A DNA stretch of 64,000 nt from Nageia nagi (lineage: Eukaryota; Plantae; Pinophyta): positions 27,404,001-27,468,000 of the forward strand of contig JBITNC010000001.1 in NCBI GenBank assembly GCA_050084985.1, given 5' to 3'. Shown here one piece after another: positions 41,391 to 54,900 of the stretch. The notes beneath the pieces were generated by a model. The model did not search any database, had not been told where the DNA came from, and saw nothing but the letters and a program-made list of their open reading frames with translations. A program made the position numbers and the translations under genes. How positions within the stretch are numbered: position 1 is the stretch's first letter; the number at the start of each line of letters is the position of its first letter.

Positions 41391-43579
41391 ATACTCCATC
41401 ACTTGCACTACTCTTTTGCAGTACTATTACTCCTTTACCTACTCCATGAAAGCTTCTCCAATGTTCATATGTTCTATTCATGGAGTTAACATGTTGTATA
41501 TATAGTTATATTTACTTCAATTATGGTTGCTTATTGCACTTTAGTTTTGTAGTAACTGATGAGTGCTCAATGGCACCATGAATCTCTTCTATCCTAAGCT
41601 AAAAGTAACTTATATAGATATAATCTGATGAATGTTATCTAGCAGCATAATTGAACACTTTATGATCCATAGATGAATCATTTTTTATTCATGTAGTATA
41701 GAGATAAAGATCACCTCAAAGTTATCTAAGCCTTTGTGGATTTGTTGGGGATCTTTGAGGTCTACCCAACTAATTTATTATATCGATCCTTATAGCAATA
41801 GTGTGGTGCTTATCTTTTAGCCCAATAAAGAAGACCATTGCATATCTGTTTGGTGCAAGGTGTTGTTAGGTACCATAAAGGCACTAGACCAACATGATTT
41901 TGTATTTGAAGAACTACCCATGTTGTAATTTTTGAAGCATGAAGTCTGTAATCTTTATTTAGAGAAATATAAGGAATATTTCATTCCATCTTTGGTGTTC
42001 ATGTACTTAGTTTGTACTTTTATTCCTAAATTTATCCTAGTGAAACTTAACTAAAGTAATTACTTAAGTATTATTTTTTACTCTTAACATGCTCATCCCT
42101 ATATGTGGGTCCTAAGGTATGCTAGACTCTTTTCTTGAACAAAAAAGAAGCTTGATTATAAAAATTAAAAATAAATCTACTCAAGCTCCCTTCAAAATCA
42201 TTTGATTAATACAAGATTAAATTTTAATATAATAGATAATACACCAACAAATTACAAAAATGAAGATAGCTATTTAAAAGATTGTAAAATAGTAAAAATA
42301 TTAAATAAAATTGTATTATAATTTGAGAAAATGATATTTAAATATAATAACTTGTGCAAGTTATCTAGCTTCCAAAATTCCCCCTTATAACCTTAAACAA
42401 TCTTGCATGGTGCAAATTTCATTCATGCTAGTAAATTTTTTGATTTAAGGTAAAACAAATTGCATTTATAAATTTTAGGGTTATACGCATTATGATCTAT
42501 TTTAGGTAAAATAGATTGCATTTATAAAAAATGTTGAAAAAAAACTAAATGTTGGACCTAGCAACTATCAAAATGGTCTTACAAGAATTAGAACAAATGT
42601 CTATGCTAGAAAATTGCATTATTTTCACTAGCATAACATTAGCTGCAATAAAAAACACACTTGGCAATGTTTCTATTTAAAACGGAAAGAGGATTGTATG
42701 CACTTTGTATAACCCTAGAGGTTATACAAAGTGGGATTAACCCTTGCATTGAAAAAAAATGGACTCCATCAATACTTGTTTTCAACATCTAGCAATGTGA
42801 GATTTATTAGAGTATGAGGGGGGAATTATAGAACCTAGCTAGCCCCCACCTATAATAAATAAGTAGCATAATACTCATGTAGTCAATTCATGTTAGGGGA
42901 GTTCAAGAGAAAGTGGGTGTGAAAACTCTAAAGTGTTAAAAGAGAGACCCAAGTTCAAAACTCTTTCCCCTCACATGTTGGTGATATGTTACAAAGTCTA
43001 GTTGAAGGTTTCTTATTGGCATGGATGAGGTCGGGTGAGACTTTTAGGTGACTTAAACGAAAGACAACCCCTCTGGACATAGAATCTAATTCGAAGGTAT
43101 AAATTCACAAAGACTACTAACAAAATAAACATACTACTTATGTAAGTCTAATTTTATAATACCTATTTTAATTTATTTCATCAAAAATTATAATATTTTA
43201 ACAATTAATTTGAAATTCTTAGTAATTTATATTAAAAAGTAAAATAATTTATTAAATTACTATTTTGAATGAAAAATTATATTATTTTAAAAAAATTCAT
43301 TTCATTTATTTTTATTTCTAAATAAAAATTTTATTGATATGTAATAATCTACTACAAGCTCTCCATCCCATAAATCAGTTGATCTCCAATGAATATTAAT
43401 ATAATTTACCTTTACCTTTACATAAAATATTTATTCACTTAGAAAAGCAATACAAGAATTATAGAGTGGAACTTATGCTATAAAATAAAAACTATATATT
43501 TAATTATCTTTTCTATTTTAATCATAGTAGAGGCTGAATAAGAACTCGAAAGGTAATTATTTTAATTATTAAAATGGAG

Positions 43580-44655
43580 GTTGAGAGCAACACGTGTCAT
43601 GATCGCGACCGTCAATCGAGCATCTTAGATCGAACATTCCTCATGTCGATGCCGCTCCCCCGCGTAATTCTCTCACTACAATTCCGTACATCTCATTTCT
43701 CTCTCTAAATAATGCGTAACCCGTTCTTTCTCCCTCTAAAAATAAAGTAAATTCACTTTTTTCTACGTCGTTTTTCGAGCCTTTCGTCTTTCTCTCTCTA
43801 GATTAGCCTCGTAAATAAAATTCTGCTTCTTTCCCAAATACTCGAAATTGTGTATAAATTCGCGCAGAACGGTCTCATTTTCCCGATTCGAATCATTAAT
43901 TCGTTGTTTTAAGTCTGTTTAATGCTTCTGTGCTACGAAAATGGCGAAAGATCGAGCATTTTGAGCCAACTTGTAGCGGATTCTGTGAAGAAAGGGTCAA
44001 AGTGGAGGATTTTTATGAGTTGTCGTCGGAAAAAACCACTGAAGAGCGCGGAAAGACGATCATTTTGACCTAAATATTGCCGATGCTCGGGAACGACCGT
44101 TCAATCGGGATTTTTTTTCACGTATGGAGTGCTGAATCGAAGAAGCAGCACGGAAAAAGCTGTCGTTTTTAGCTAAAGTTTGCCAAGTTTCGTGTCACAA
44201 CGGTCCTAAGCGGTCAGGATAAAACTCTTAAGTATTAATCCTTGAATCGAGGTGAAGTGCAAAGAAAACAAAGAAATTTGACGCATTTCTTGTCAAATTA
44301 GTGCTCGAACAGTTTAGTGTAGCCCTAACGCGGAAGATCTACATATTTGGTGGACAGAAGAGGAGAAAGCCTCTTTTTATGAGCCAGGAGCTCCAGATCT
44401 TGTTTTCCGAGGCAAAGACTAGTGAGAATCCGTGTCATTTTGAGCTGGGACCTAGGCTTCTCGGATTGGAAGGCGTTCCTATATTCTTGAAAGCATAAGG
44501 AAGCTTAGAATCCGCAGTTCATGCCTTAAAACCGGCTGGAAAGAGACTATTTTGAGGCGGAATTTCTTTTTTGTTTCTTCTGCAGTGATTCTGTTTTTTT
44601 TTATGTTTGTTTAAAAGGATCTGTAATATTACCTTTAAAGTCTCCGATCTTTGCC
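43580..44655 (+). promoter_or_regulatory. CpG-rich promoter/5'-UTR of WLIM2, with a G-box/ABRE (CACGTGTC at 43591), CT-rich patches, a candidate TATA (TATAAAT, about 43855) and a probable 5'-UTR intron acceptor (ttcttctgcag, 44585)
   Basis: CG dinucleotides appear abruptly compared with the flanking TE DNA. Motifs were read directly. The TSS cannot be determined. Confidence 0.6.
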
Positions 44656-44790
44656 ATGGCCTTCAGCGGGACGCAGCAGAAGTGTAAGGCCTGCGACAAG
44701 AGGGTTTATTTCATAGATCAGCTTTCCGCGGATGGAGTATTTTATCACAAGGCCTGTTTCAAATGCAACCATTGTAAGGGAACGCTTCAG
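44656..44790 (+). CDS. WLIM2: WLIM2 coding exon 1
   Basis: ATG in GCCATGG context. Encodes the first half of LIM1. Donor CAG|GTTCGG at 44791. Confidence 0.95.
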
Positions 44791-47184
44791 GTTCGGACAA
44801 ATGTTTCTAAAGATTTAGCATTTTTGTTCAAATTTATTTATTTTTAAAGAAAATAACAGATCTGGTCCAACTTTTGGGTAAAAATAATCTTTTTTCGGTT
44901 AAGGATTACAAGGCTGTGTTGTTCTTGTTAAGAACTTTACGAATATTCGTAATTGTTTCGTCGATTCACTGAACAGCGCGGATACTATCTAGAGTCATTT
45001 GTATAAGCTGGATATTTTAACAAAGCGATGCTTTTCACAAATGTAGAGTTCTTTTCTTTAATTTCAGCAAATTCTGTCCATTTAATGGTACGCTATTTAC
45101 ATTTTTTCTTTCTAAGTTTTAGCATCAATACCCTTTTTTATTCATTCCAGAGGGGTTCTTCTATAAGCATGATTTAGAAACAATAGTAGCAATTTTGATC
45201 CGTTCAACGGTGTGACATTGACCTTTTTTGGTCATGCGTTTGAGCATTCGTGCCCATTTGTTATATTCTAGAATATAGGAAAGGTAAGAGGTAAAGGTCT
45301 ATTTTATTAGTTTTCAGCAAAACCATCACACCTACCTACCAGATTTATTGAAACCCTTTCGCAGAGGAAAGTTCACCTTCTATTACCCAGTTTTTGTAAC
45401 ATAGTAGAGTCTGATGCTTGGACCGATCTGTTGATAACACAAGCCCCTGCCAAACCATCTAATGTCCAGAAAAGTAAATGGTTTACCTGTAAGTCTAAAT
45501 TAAACCAGGTATTGGGGACTGATGCGTGTATGGTATCTTTCTCAGTGTAACAGAAACTAATTCAATATTAGGCTCAAAAATCCCTTGCCTGATAGTCCTT
45601 CTAGAGGGCCTTCTGTTTTGCACCCAAATGATCGGTTCTCTCTATATGCAATCATTTCTAACCATTATCTATTGGTACAAAGCATCTGAACTGAACACTT
45701 GAGTTGAATGCACTGCCACTTGAGAGCTGATTCGTTTAATCTAGCGGTCCACTTCCACTGCCACAAGAAATCCCCATCCGAAGCAGTGGTAGCTCAGAAT
45801 TTCATGGGAAATTTTGATGTTTGTGTTAATAGCCTGTTCATATATTCGCACCATTGATTATTGCACTAGTAAGTGAATGCTCTCTGTAATCCCTCGTACC
45901 TTCTAAAGAGTTGACGGGCAAGAACAACCGAATTTCAATTTCCCATGTCAAACTCTTTGTAAAGCAAGCCTTTGCAATCGATCTATGCTAGAGGTAAAAG
46001 AACAAAAGCAAAGCTAGAGATCTAAAACTTAGAAAACTTTTTGACATTAGAAATCCATAAACGAGGATTAAAGGTGAAACCACACAAGTTGATTGGAACC
46101 CTCCTCCAATCTTCTTAACATTGAAGGACATTAAGTATATAAATGATATTTAGCTGTGAAATCCCCTGCTCCTTTGCTTTGACAGTTGGTATTTTACTTG
46201 GCAGTTGAGTAATTACTCATCAATGGAGGGAATCCTATACTGCAAGCCTCACTTTGAGCAGCTTTTCAGAGAGTCTGGAAACTTCAGCAAGAACTTTCAA
46301 TCCCGTGAGAGATTAATCTTGATAATCTTTAATATTGCAGTGAATCATTATATATCAATATAATGTTGGTTTAGCTCTCTGAGTGTCTTTGATATTGATA
46401 TAATGTTTTATTTATTGACAGCAAAATCAAGCAAAACACTAGACAAGATTCAACCTGAACTGGTACATATCCCTATCTCTGTTGCAAAATTGTCACGAAT
46501 GCTTTAGAATATTGTAAAGTCTTTAATGATATGAAAGGGATCAAAGACTTAAAAATGATCATACATCTTAACTATATCTACATTCTGGATCCATTTATTA
46601 ATAAAACCATGTTCATTCAATATTGTCAAAGACTGAAGTTCTCATCGCTAATTGATAAAAGTTTTCTTTTACAGACAAAATCTCCGAGCAGACTTTCTTC
46701 CATGTTTTCTGGCACTCAAGAAAAATGTGCTACCTGCGGAAAAACAGCATATCCTCTGGAGAAAGTAAGAGTAATATGTTTTTCTTGTATTGGTTGATTT
46801 TCACTTTCCAGTGCCTAGTGGCTTGTTTGCATCTTGCCTTGATTTACTGCCGTGATTTACATAATTTCAAATCTTGTTCTAACATTCAAAATGCAAGTTA
46901 TTTTTGAGCTTCCAACTTTAGAAATTGTTATTAAACCATGTATTTCCTTCATGGCATGTCATCAGGTCACTGTGGAGGGCTCATCCTACCACAAGTCCTG
47001 TTTTAAGTGCTCTCATGGGGGTTGTTCCATCACCCCGTCAAATTATGCTGCTCTAGAAGGCATACTTTATTGCAAGGCCCATTTCTCCCAACTTTTCAAG
47101 GAAAAAGGAAGTTACAATCACCTCATCAAGACTGCTTCCATGAGGCGAAATGGAGCAGCAGCAGGTCCAGCCCCAGAGATGTAA
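44656..47184 (+). CDS. WLIM2: Plant two-LIM-domain actin-bundling protein, WLIM2 class. Exons 44656-44790, 46205-46304, 46422-46462, 46675-46764, 46966-47184 (585 nt, 194 aa)
   Basis: All four introns are GT-AG and the joined frame is open: MAFSGTQQKCKACDKRVYFIDQLSADGVFYHKACFKCNHCKGTLQ|LSNYSSMEGILYCKPHFEQLFRESGNFSKNFQSP|KSSKTLDKIQPEL|TKSPSRLSSMFSGTQEKCATCGKTAYPLEK|VTVEGSSYHKSCFKCSHGGCSITPSNYAALEGILYCKAHFSQLFKEKGSYNHLIKTASMRRNGAAAGPAPEM. It has two LIM zinc-finger domains. The second has the plant-specific CSHGGC spacing. The short non-acidic C-terminus and the FSKNFQSP/SYNHLIK motifs match WLIM2. Confidence 0.96.
46205..46304 (+). CDS. WLIM2: WLIM2 coding exon 2 (not in ORF track)
   Basis: Acceptor ttggcag|, encodes LSNYSSMEGILYCKPHFEQLFRESGNFSKNFQS, donor C|GTGAG. 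Confidence 0.94.
46422..46462 (+). CDS. WLIM2: WLIM2 coding exon 3 (41 bp inter-LIM linker)
   Basis: Acceptor tttattgacag|, donor CTG|GTAC. It restores the frame and encodes (P)KSSKTLDKIQPEL. Confidence 0.88.
46675..46764 (+). CDS. WLIM2: WLIM2 coding exon 4
   Basis: Acceptor ttttctttTACAG|, encodes TKSPSRLSSMFSGTQEKCATCGKTAYPLEK, donor |GTAAG. Confidence 0.94.
46966..47184 (+). CDS. WLIM2: WLIM2 coding exon 5
   Basis: Acceptor catcag|, encodes VTVEGSSYHKSCFKCSHGGC...CKAH, stop TAA at 47182-47184. Confidence 0.95.
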   Translation, partial: VTVEGSSYHKSCFKCSHGGCSITPSNYAALEGILYCKAHFSQLFKEKGSYNHLIKTASMRRNGAAAGPAPEM

Positions 47185-50100
47185 TCAAAGATTTTTTTGT
47201 TTGTGATATCTGTTTAATTATTTGATTGTCATTTTGGTTTGCAATTTGAGTTGTTTTCACTATGTGTTGGGGAAAAGAGCTTTGTCCTCACTCTACCAAT
47301 TCTAGATTTGGAAGGTCTGTTCAGTATTATGATCTGCTGTTCATTTATTAAGATATACTTTATCTCAAAAACATTATCAGTTGCGTGGATTATTTTTCTT
47401 GTTTGTTCCAGAGAGTAATACTGTCTCGAATTTTATGTATTTTTATTTGATTTTGGGGAGTTTTTTGTTCTGTGTAGTTGATTTCTCCCCCCTATCGCAG
47501 CATCGTCTTGTTAGGTTAGATTTGGAGTCGTCCAGAGAGTTTTTCATGAGTGTCTTTTCTACAGTTTCATGTTTTAATAAATAGAAGTGCTTCCTCTTAT
47601 TCATCGGGATCGTAGGATGTTATGATGAATGAATGTGTCGAAAAGCCATGAAACTCTGCTGGGGCGATATCCACTATGTTTTTCCCCTTGCAATGGTTTG
47701 AGTTGATGATCACCTGTAGCATTAATAAGCGTTCAATGGGAATTGTACTTTATCCATTTTTCTGGTCTTTCTCTATAAACATAGTACATTATAAATTTTG
47801 GAAAAAAAATAATTAAATCTCCCGTGAATATTTGTTACGTGGTGGGACTAATATTTAATATTTGTAAATACAGCTATGTGGATATCTAAATTCTTGTAGT
47901 TCTATTTCTTTTATATTTGTGTTTTATGTATATAGATGATGGCATAATAGTTAAATTTGAGGTCTATGGGACAAATGTAGGTAGTGGAAATCGAACATGG
48001 GACACAAGATACAACAAGGTTAACCCATGACCAACTCAACCAACAACTAAGACATTTAGAGTTGATTTTTATAAGTTGAACTGATAAAGTATTACTTAGT
48101 ATGCAAGTTCATTGATTGCATTTTGAAAAAGATTTATCTTAGTTTTGTTGAGGTTTGCATGTCATTTAATTGTCATTTTATCTCACATAACAATCATTTC
48201 TTTTGGAATTCTAGTTGTTTTACATTTCATCTTGTGCAAGGATTTCCCTAGTTTAATAGCCATTTCCTATTCGATTTATTCACATATTGGTGAAGTTATA
48301 GCAATGGAGAGCCATGGCTACAAGCAAGTATTCTAGGAAATTTGTCTTGAAATTTTGTCATAAAGTAAAAACTCGTTTGTATATATCATTCTCCACATGT
48401 AGGATTTTGGCAATGGATGAAATGGCTAGAACAATATCCTCTCATAGGGTACATAGGGGATATTTCTATTGACTTGCTTATCTACCAATGGCTACAACAA
48501 TCTTGGCAACCGTATGAAATAAAAGTGCAATACATATAAAACCTCACTAAGAGGTTCTTCCACTTTAAGTTTGTTGACTCACAACATGTACTAGCCATTT
48601 TAATTGAAGGTCCTTAATACATTTCTAGCACATTGTAAATTTTGGACCCTAGCATTGCAATTTTGCTATCTATAATTTTTTCTCTTAATGTGTTAGTTTG
48701 GGTGCATTTCGTTTGTCACTGTCTCTCATTTTGACCTTTGCTACAACAACTTGTTGCTTCTATCGACGAGTTTGTAAGTATGGAACAACAAAGCTTTTAT
48801 GTTGTTCGCCTTAATAAGCATTTGTGAATAAATCAAAATTTCTAAGGATTTAAAGGACTTCATTGACATTTAGGTTGTGGAAACCCAAATTTGATAAAGG
48901 TTGGTGTATATAAAGCTCCCAAATACTTGTTATTGATGCTGGTTGTTATCATATAAAATCAATGTTAGTCTCCTTATGGAGGGTCATTTCAAACCCAAGT
49001 CTCTATCGATTGTCATGACTACACTTTCACAATTAGCATAAGATGTGGATTAGGCAAATTGATGTAGGTCACATTAAAAAAAAAGAAGGTGAAAGACACT
49101 TGCATGTGAGCTCCCTTAGAAAGCATTTGCTTCTTGCAAGCTAGGCAAGCCTTCTTGCCATAGCCTCAACTTTCACCATCGCTCCTTCCATCTCAACTCT
49201 TATCCTAGCTATAAATTTAGCCAAAGTGCCCTCACCTTTGAGATACCCATGAGACAAACCTTTGTGGGTGGTTTGTTGCTCTTAAGGCCTACCAAGGACC
49301 TTTTAGGAGTGTAAAAGAAAAAGAGATGGTATACAAATTTCATATGCAAGAAGTACTAAAGATTTTTTTTAAAATGCGTTTACGTCTCTTGTAGACTATG
49401 AAGATGCAAAGGGGATTGAGGGAAACATGCTCATTGCTCCTTGATTGTTCTTCATGACTTTCCTATCATGGAATGTTCGAGGTTTTATAGACCCCATTTG
49501 AAAGTACACGACGTTTAAAAGCCTTGTAAGTTTTTCATTGAGGCTTGGCGCTCTCAACATCTTATGTCTTTAAGAAATCAAGATTATCTACTTGATTGTT
49601 AAATGCCTATTTTCTTCCTAAAGCATTGCATGATGTAACTCGACATCCCACATTATCTGGGTCATCCTTGAGATTAACAACTATTTCCTTTGCACCCTCA
49701 ATGTGTATGCTTCTAATAATGTGTTGACATGTTACAAAATTGGGAGGTGGATTGCTTTATTTGTTCCCCACGTTACTTAGCTAGTTTGCAAGGACTTCAA
49801 CATGATTGAACATGCACATGACAAGATAGGGCTACTCCCCATGCAGTGTATGGTAGGAGAGGATGATTATTTTATTTTAGTTTTATGAAAAATAATTTTG
49901 ATCTTATTTCTCGATGCCCTCCACTACACCCCCAAATCCTTTTGGTACACCCTCCTCCTAAAGATATCTCTACCCTTAACCATTGATATCCAGTCTCAGG
50001 TTATGTCAACTCAGTTTATGATGTACCTGGTCAATCCACCATCATTGTCTTTTCGCCTCCCCCCTCCTATTAGTTATTTCATAGGAGTGACAATAAGAAA

Positions 50101-51931
50101 GCTATTCAAAAACTTGGTACTAGTAAATTTGTAGGTTGTGAATGGTTTGAGGCAAAGTTCCTCAATCATGGAGTTGATTTACTCACTTTTTCATTTTAGG
50201 TTAATTTGACAAGGTTATTTACTTTGGATTTATCCCCTTATGGATACAACACATTATTCATCTTATCCACAAATTAAGAGATACTTCCATTTCAAATAAT
50301 TATAGGACTATTATGATTAGACATACCTTTGCCAAGTTACATTTCATAATATTAGAGACAAAGTTATCAAAAGAACTAGAGCACAAGAAGCTTAGAGTTG
50401 TGTGACATGTAGGTTTTAATGACTACTCGACTATTGATCACATCTTTTCCCTTCATACAATTATCAAGGAGGCTCACCAATATTATGTCAATTACTTTGT
50501 TGATTTCGAAAAGACTATTGAATTGATCTCAAGATTCATCTTTCTTCAATGGCTATGCGAAATTGTATTGTAGATGCCATTAGATTATACAAAACAATGG
50601 TCCAACTAGTTCCATACTCCTCACAGCCTCTCCAACTTTATCAAGAGTACAATTTAAAGAAGATTGGGTTGTCACCTTTTTCCCTAGCCCTCTTTGGTAT
50701 CTATATTGATAAGCTCAAGGATTTCCTCCAACACAACACTCATGTAGATGATGGTTGTTTTTTAATCATATGTTGATTTTTATTATTCGTTTCGTCGATA
50801 ATGTGACTCTTCTTTCTAGCTTTATCAATGGCTTACAAAGACAACTAGATGATCTTGTTCATTTTTTTGATCTTCGATAACTTGTTATTCAACAAAATTT
50901 GAAGGAATTTAATATTCCATGTTTAAATTCCACACTTTTGATCAACTCCCACCAATCTACCAATGACTATTTTTCAGCATAACTGTTCATCTACTAGATT
51001 AATCACAATTGTAGGAGTTGTAGACCTAATTACATGTGTATTGTTGAGATCTTAATCCTCATATATATGATCTTAGATTGATGCATATATGATTTTGTAC
51101 TCCAACATGGATGCCCACATTCTTTGACAGTTCTTGGGCTCTTTATTTATGTTTTACCTACTTTCTCTAAGCAAACCTATAATCCTTAAGAACTCCTAGA
51201 GTTTAAAACACTCCATTTTTCTCTTTGTATAAATAGAGACTTTGTTTTTCATTTTAGGTTAGTGCTTTTATTGTAATGTTATGTTACCATTTTAGCTTTA
51301 ATATGAAGCATTCATACATGCTCCAAAATTCTCATGGCTATGTGGTGTGTTTTCCATTTCAAATCTTGTATACATGACAAAACACTTGTAGATCTTCATA
51401 TGAGTGATTTGACTCCATTCAAAGGTGATATTCATGTACTTGATGTTATTTTAGCTATTTGGATATTTGTTAGATTTTCATTTTGAGCAATAGTTTTAAA
51501 TATTTTCATGATGGTATCAAACTATCTTTTTTTGGATCAATTTGATTTGAGAGGCTATAACTTTTATTCTAGAACTGCTTTTGGTGTGATTCTTTTTGTG
51601 TTGTAAAGGTGACTTCAATATCTTTCCAACTATATACAATACTGCATACTGGATTTGGAAGATCACTCCCATATATCATAAAATACAAACTTACATTTTT
51701 GTAGTCGTGCTTAGAGAGCTTTGGAGAGGCTTTTACTTCAAGCTCATTTTTAACCCTTTTGTCTTTATCTAAATTTTCCCAAACTTTCACCATTGGATAG
51801 ATTATTTCCTACTATTTTTTTTAAATATATATAACACTCCTATATTTTATTAAGAAATGGCTATGTTATAGTCCTTCAAATTTGGTCCAATAAACCAGTT
51901 AACTTTTCTAGATTTTTCAACATTATCATGC

Positions 51932-54900
51932 GATTGTTCTAATTATTTAATGAATGAGCAAATACATATATAGTTCTATAGTAGATCTAGAAGATTATGA
52001 AGATTAACAAATACAATTTGGATCCATCTAAGACATACTACAAAATAAATAGCACTTTTGAATACTACAAAATAAATAGTTTGTTACAATAAATCATATT
52101 CTAAATACTAGACTTAGGAAATATTAGGTCTAGGATTTAGGTAAAATATTAGGAAGCTCAATATTCTAATATTCTCCCCCTTGATGCTAAAGAACTCTAT
52201 CATGAGTTCAACATCACAGAGTTTGAAGAAACACAATCGTTTATGTTTTATCCAATCTTGAATTAAGAAATCAAAAGTTTCAAAGTGTTTTCTTCAGCAC
52301 TCCTTCCATCGTTTGTGTGGGATTTCCTTAATCTTTGATGTTGCTCCTTCTTTCAAGTGATTGAGTTCTTTCTTTTCATGATTAACTTCCCCTTCATCAA
52401 AAGTATCTCCAATTGTGGTCTTCAACCACTCTCTATCTTCTTCTTTATGGTTTTCAAACCATGCTTCCAAGTCTTCCTTTTTGACATCATAGCATACCCC
52501 ATATGAGTATGTGTTAATAATCTCTCAATGATGATTAAACCAAATAACTCTCTCACAAATTTCAATAATAAAAATAAAAACAAACATGGATATGAAATAT
52601 CCTATTACATATGCAACCTCACACATTTTTTCACTCAACACATCACATCTTACCAAGGCTTTACATTTATTATTTTGATCTATGTGACCCAAGTAGCCAT
52701 ACATTGTCTTCACAACAAGATGACTTCTCTTTACTTTGTCTTCAAATGATGCCTGTGCAAGACATCTTCTATCCATCATGGCAACTTCAAAATTCTCTAC
52801 AACACATCCACTCAAATCATTATTACTACACAAAAAAATTAAAGAAATATCACCTCTAATATGAGTAGATCTCCAAATAGTGCTTCCCATAAATTCATTG
52901 GGTTGCAAACTTCTTGTTGTTGCTCTTGGAGAAACCATGAACTCTTCACCAAGAGTTCTCTTCCTTGATGCATTCCATATTGGTGTGTTCAAATACCATT
53001 CTTCTCTTGTTTCCTCTTGAGAACAACATTCATATTCAATTTTACCATCACTCCATGTGAGTGATCTTCTCCTCCTAAAATTGATGATGGAAGTTCACCA
53101 ACTTTGGTCTCTTTTTCATTTTCTTTTTCCACTTCCTCTATCTCATCCTTGAGATAGTTTTCATCAAGCATCACTCTTTGTAAGTGATCTTGTATGAGCA
53201 TGGAGCTAATGACCTTCATCTCTTCTTCTTCTTTTTCTATGGTTGGATAGTCATCCCACCAAAATTGAGTCTTTTCATCATCCACTTTGAAGTGGTCTTA
53301 TTCATATGTCTCTTCAATGAAACACTCTCCAAATCCTCTCTTTTCTAGAAGAAGTTTATCATCACTCTCTTTCATAAGAATCTTACATTCTTCTACACCA
53401 AACTCTTCTTCATCCTTCTCTTCAAGAAGGGATTCTCATCATCTTCCTCTTCAAGAAAGAACTCACCAATATCTAGTTGAGGAAATAAATGTATTATATC
53501 AAGTAAATGAACATCAATTTCTATTCTTTCAAGAACCTCCATCACTTTTGAAGCAAAAGTAATTAAAGATTATGTTTGCGTTCTTCACCTTTTATTGACT
53601 TCCTCAAAAATTATTTCTTTCTAAAAGAATATTCAACAATTCCCTTTTTTTTTTACTGCATGCTTCTATTCTGTCTTTGCTGCAAATGTCTACCAGCAAA
53701 AAATTCATCCTTGTCTTACTTCTTTCACCAAATATTGGACTATTTTATTATTTATTGTTGAAGACCCTCCTCCGTTTGATATCTCCTTGCTAGCGAACTT
53801 CGTTCAGACTATTCTGTAGTCATGTGCGATCTCTCACCACGATGTTACCTCTTCTCGGAACTCATTGCTAAACAATGAGATCATAGGCTTTTACACAGCG
53901 TGCTCCAAGCCATCTCTCCTTCAAATCTCCTTTACTAATACATATTTCTTTCATGCACACCAACCTCCTTCACATTCTCAGGGTTATCCACATCTAGTAC
54001 ATCCACTACGTAATCGTTATTGTAGTAACTTTGGAGAAATTTGATTTAAGTATAGCAATCACAACATACTCTAATAACGGTTTCACTTGTAGTCTTTAAT
54101 AATCCAAACTTAATCAATCACCAATGCTATGCTAGTTGATTAACAGGTCTTTATCGTTGTCACCACACAATTCTCCTTCACTTACACTCAATATAGACAT
54201 CACTTTACTACAAGGGCACCTTTCGACAGCTTCACACTTCACAAAATTCTCCTTTTACGCATCAAACATGGCTATAATCTTTGCAAGCCTTTAATACCTC
54301 GCAGCAGAACACATGGGCTGTATTTGATTTTTCTCAGCCTCGCGTAGCACGAGCTCCTCCCCCAGTGCTTCACGTAGACACTTTCTTCTACTTCTCATGG
54401 GTTGTAAAGACTCCACGATTCCTACACAAGCAACATCATCTATCTAATATGACAGCTTCTGCAGGTAATCACGTCCTTCATGCCTTATCAAACTCTTCTG
54501 TCCTTTATGATACTCATGTTGCTCGATAAACATGCCTCTCTTAAGCTCCAGTATACACAAATATCTTCTCCTTCTCCCAACTAAGTTTATTATATCCTCC
54601 AGAGGTCGTCTCGTAACTTAGGACTTGTCTCTCGATTCTTGGGCAATGTCAAAGTATTATGGATGTCATTTTACAGTCTGTTTTTCTTTACCAACACATT
54701 TGGGAAGGGTGCAACATGTAATTCACTTGTTTTTGCTTACTACAACAGCTCATACGTTGATGTGGAGATCTCCTCGCTTTCTTCTACGAGCTTACCTTCC
54801 TAGCTTCTCCTCACAATGATTTGTGGGGTATTCTACGAATGCCTATCCATATTGGTATGGATCCTCAACACTCCCACACACCTGCAGTCTTCAAAATTGC

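Noticed and set aside
42860-43130. B-box-like GTTCAAAAC suggesting a tRNA-derived SINE
   Set aside because: No convincing A box, tail or TSD.
44301-44498. 65-aa ORF upstream of WLIM2
   Set aside because: GTG start, no recognisable homology, and it probably lies in the leader or its intron.
46531-46965. N-terminal extensions of the ORF-track LIM fragments (46531-46797, 46852-47184)
   Set aside because: Intronic read-through. Canonical splice sites define the real exons.
47615-47725. Box C-like ATGATGA downstream of WLIM2 (possible snoRNA)
   Set aside because: No box D (CTGA) or terminal stem at a suitable distance.
48290-48560. Possible copia integrase fragment (EMART-like)
   Set aside because: One short motif with no supporting context. 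Too degraded to call.
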